Origin: Balanoglossus misakiensis
Lineage: Eukaryota > Animalia > Hemichordata
DNA: 64,000 bases
Assembly: GCA_040954595.2 (NCBI GenBank)
Contig: CM082586.2
Location: forward strand, 8,463,337-8,527,336
Reading direction: 5' to 3'
Shown here: piece after piece, positions 63,284-64,000 of the stretch
Layout of the letters: every line of letters starts with the position of its first letter
Numbering within the stretch: the stretch's first letter is position 1
The notes under the pieces: model-generated
The model's input: the letters and a program-made list of their open reading frames with translations, nothing else
What the model was told of the DNA's origin: nothing
The model's database searches: none
Made by a program: the position numbers and the translations under genes

Positions 63284-63512
63284 GTAAGTAGACCAATTGA
63301 ATAACAAGGATGCCAATGCATGGGATTTCATAAAATGTCCCTTTTCTCGTTCCAACATCAACGTCAGTCCAGCATGGCAGATCACTAGGGTACTTTGTTT
63401 TAGCCTTGCCTACTGCCATGCAACGATGTGATCCTGATGATCAATTTTATTTAGCACAGATGATAAAAATAAGAACAAAGAAGAGATGAAGAGATGATTG
63501 AGAGAGAGAGAG

Positions 63513-63594
<82 letters not shown>

Positions 63595-63707
63595 GGTGGT
63601 GGTGGTGGTGGTGGTGGTGGTGGTGGTGGTGATGGTGGTGGTGGTGGTGGTGATGATGATGATGATGATGTTGATGATGTTGATGATGATGATGATGATG
63701 ATGATGA
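63513..63707. repeat. (GAT)n/(GGT)n compound microsatellite
   Basis: Seen directly. Confidence 0.97.
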
Positions 63708-63823
63708 CTTTTTTGACTTTTGAAAATAAACCTTTATTGCGTAAAATAAAATTATTTACACTTTATTGAAATTCAGAAGAATTCATAAATTCAGACTAAA
63801 ATAATACAAAGTGAACATTGTTC

Positions 63824-64000
63824 CAGGGTTGTAGGATTTACAACTGATACATAGTCCAGGGTTGACGGCAGAGAAGTATTGCAGGGTTGACGGCAGCTAC
63901 ATGTATGTACTGCAGGGTTGACAGCATAGATGTAATACAGGGTTGAAGGCCGAGATGTACTGTAGGGTTGACGGCAGAGATGTATCCTAGGTTAGACGAC
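63824..64000. repeat. Degenerate ~25-30-bp minisatellite (cagggttgacggcagaga...)
   Basis: The cagggttga motif recurs about 7 times up to the window end. Confidence 0.75.

Noticed and set aside
63494-63769. Poly-Met/poly-Val ORF
   Set aside because: Translation of an intronic (GAT)n/(GGT)n microsatellite.

Overview
Repeat-rich animal genomic DNA with spliceosomal introns, probably from a marine invertebrate deuterostome such as a hemichordate or echinoderm (inferred; it cannot be proven from this window). From left to right: the 3' end of a Ty3/Gypsy element with its LTR; a frameshifted C2H2 zinc-finger exon built from 40 near-identical 117-bp units; a ~2-kb macrosatellite interrupted by a LINE that contains a nested DNA transposon and MITE; a composite 88-bp satellite; a 25-exon adhesion GPCR on the minus strand (CTLD, Ser/Thr stalk, CCP-like, EGF, HormR, GAIN with a non-canonical GPS, 7TM) with a 4.5-kb foldback element in one intron; a 55-codon secreted poly-Arg peptide ORF missed by the ORF track; a secreted bacterial-type GHL10/DUF187 glycosyl hydrolase gene with a Cys-rich module (candidate horizontally acquired antibacterial enzyme); tRNA-Ile(AAT); three orphan 3' exons of neutral ceramidase; FBXW2; and the first three exons of a CLCA gene. 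Exon models were assembled by eye from GT-AG sites, intron phase and family motifs. No database searches were run.
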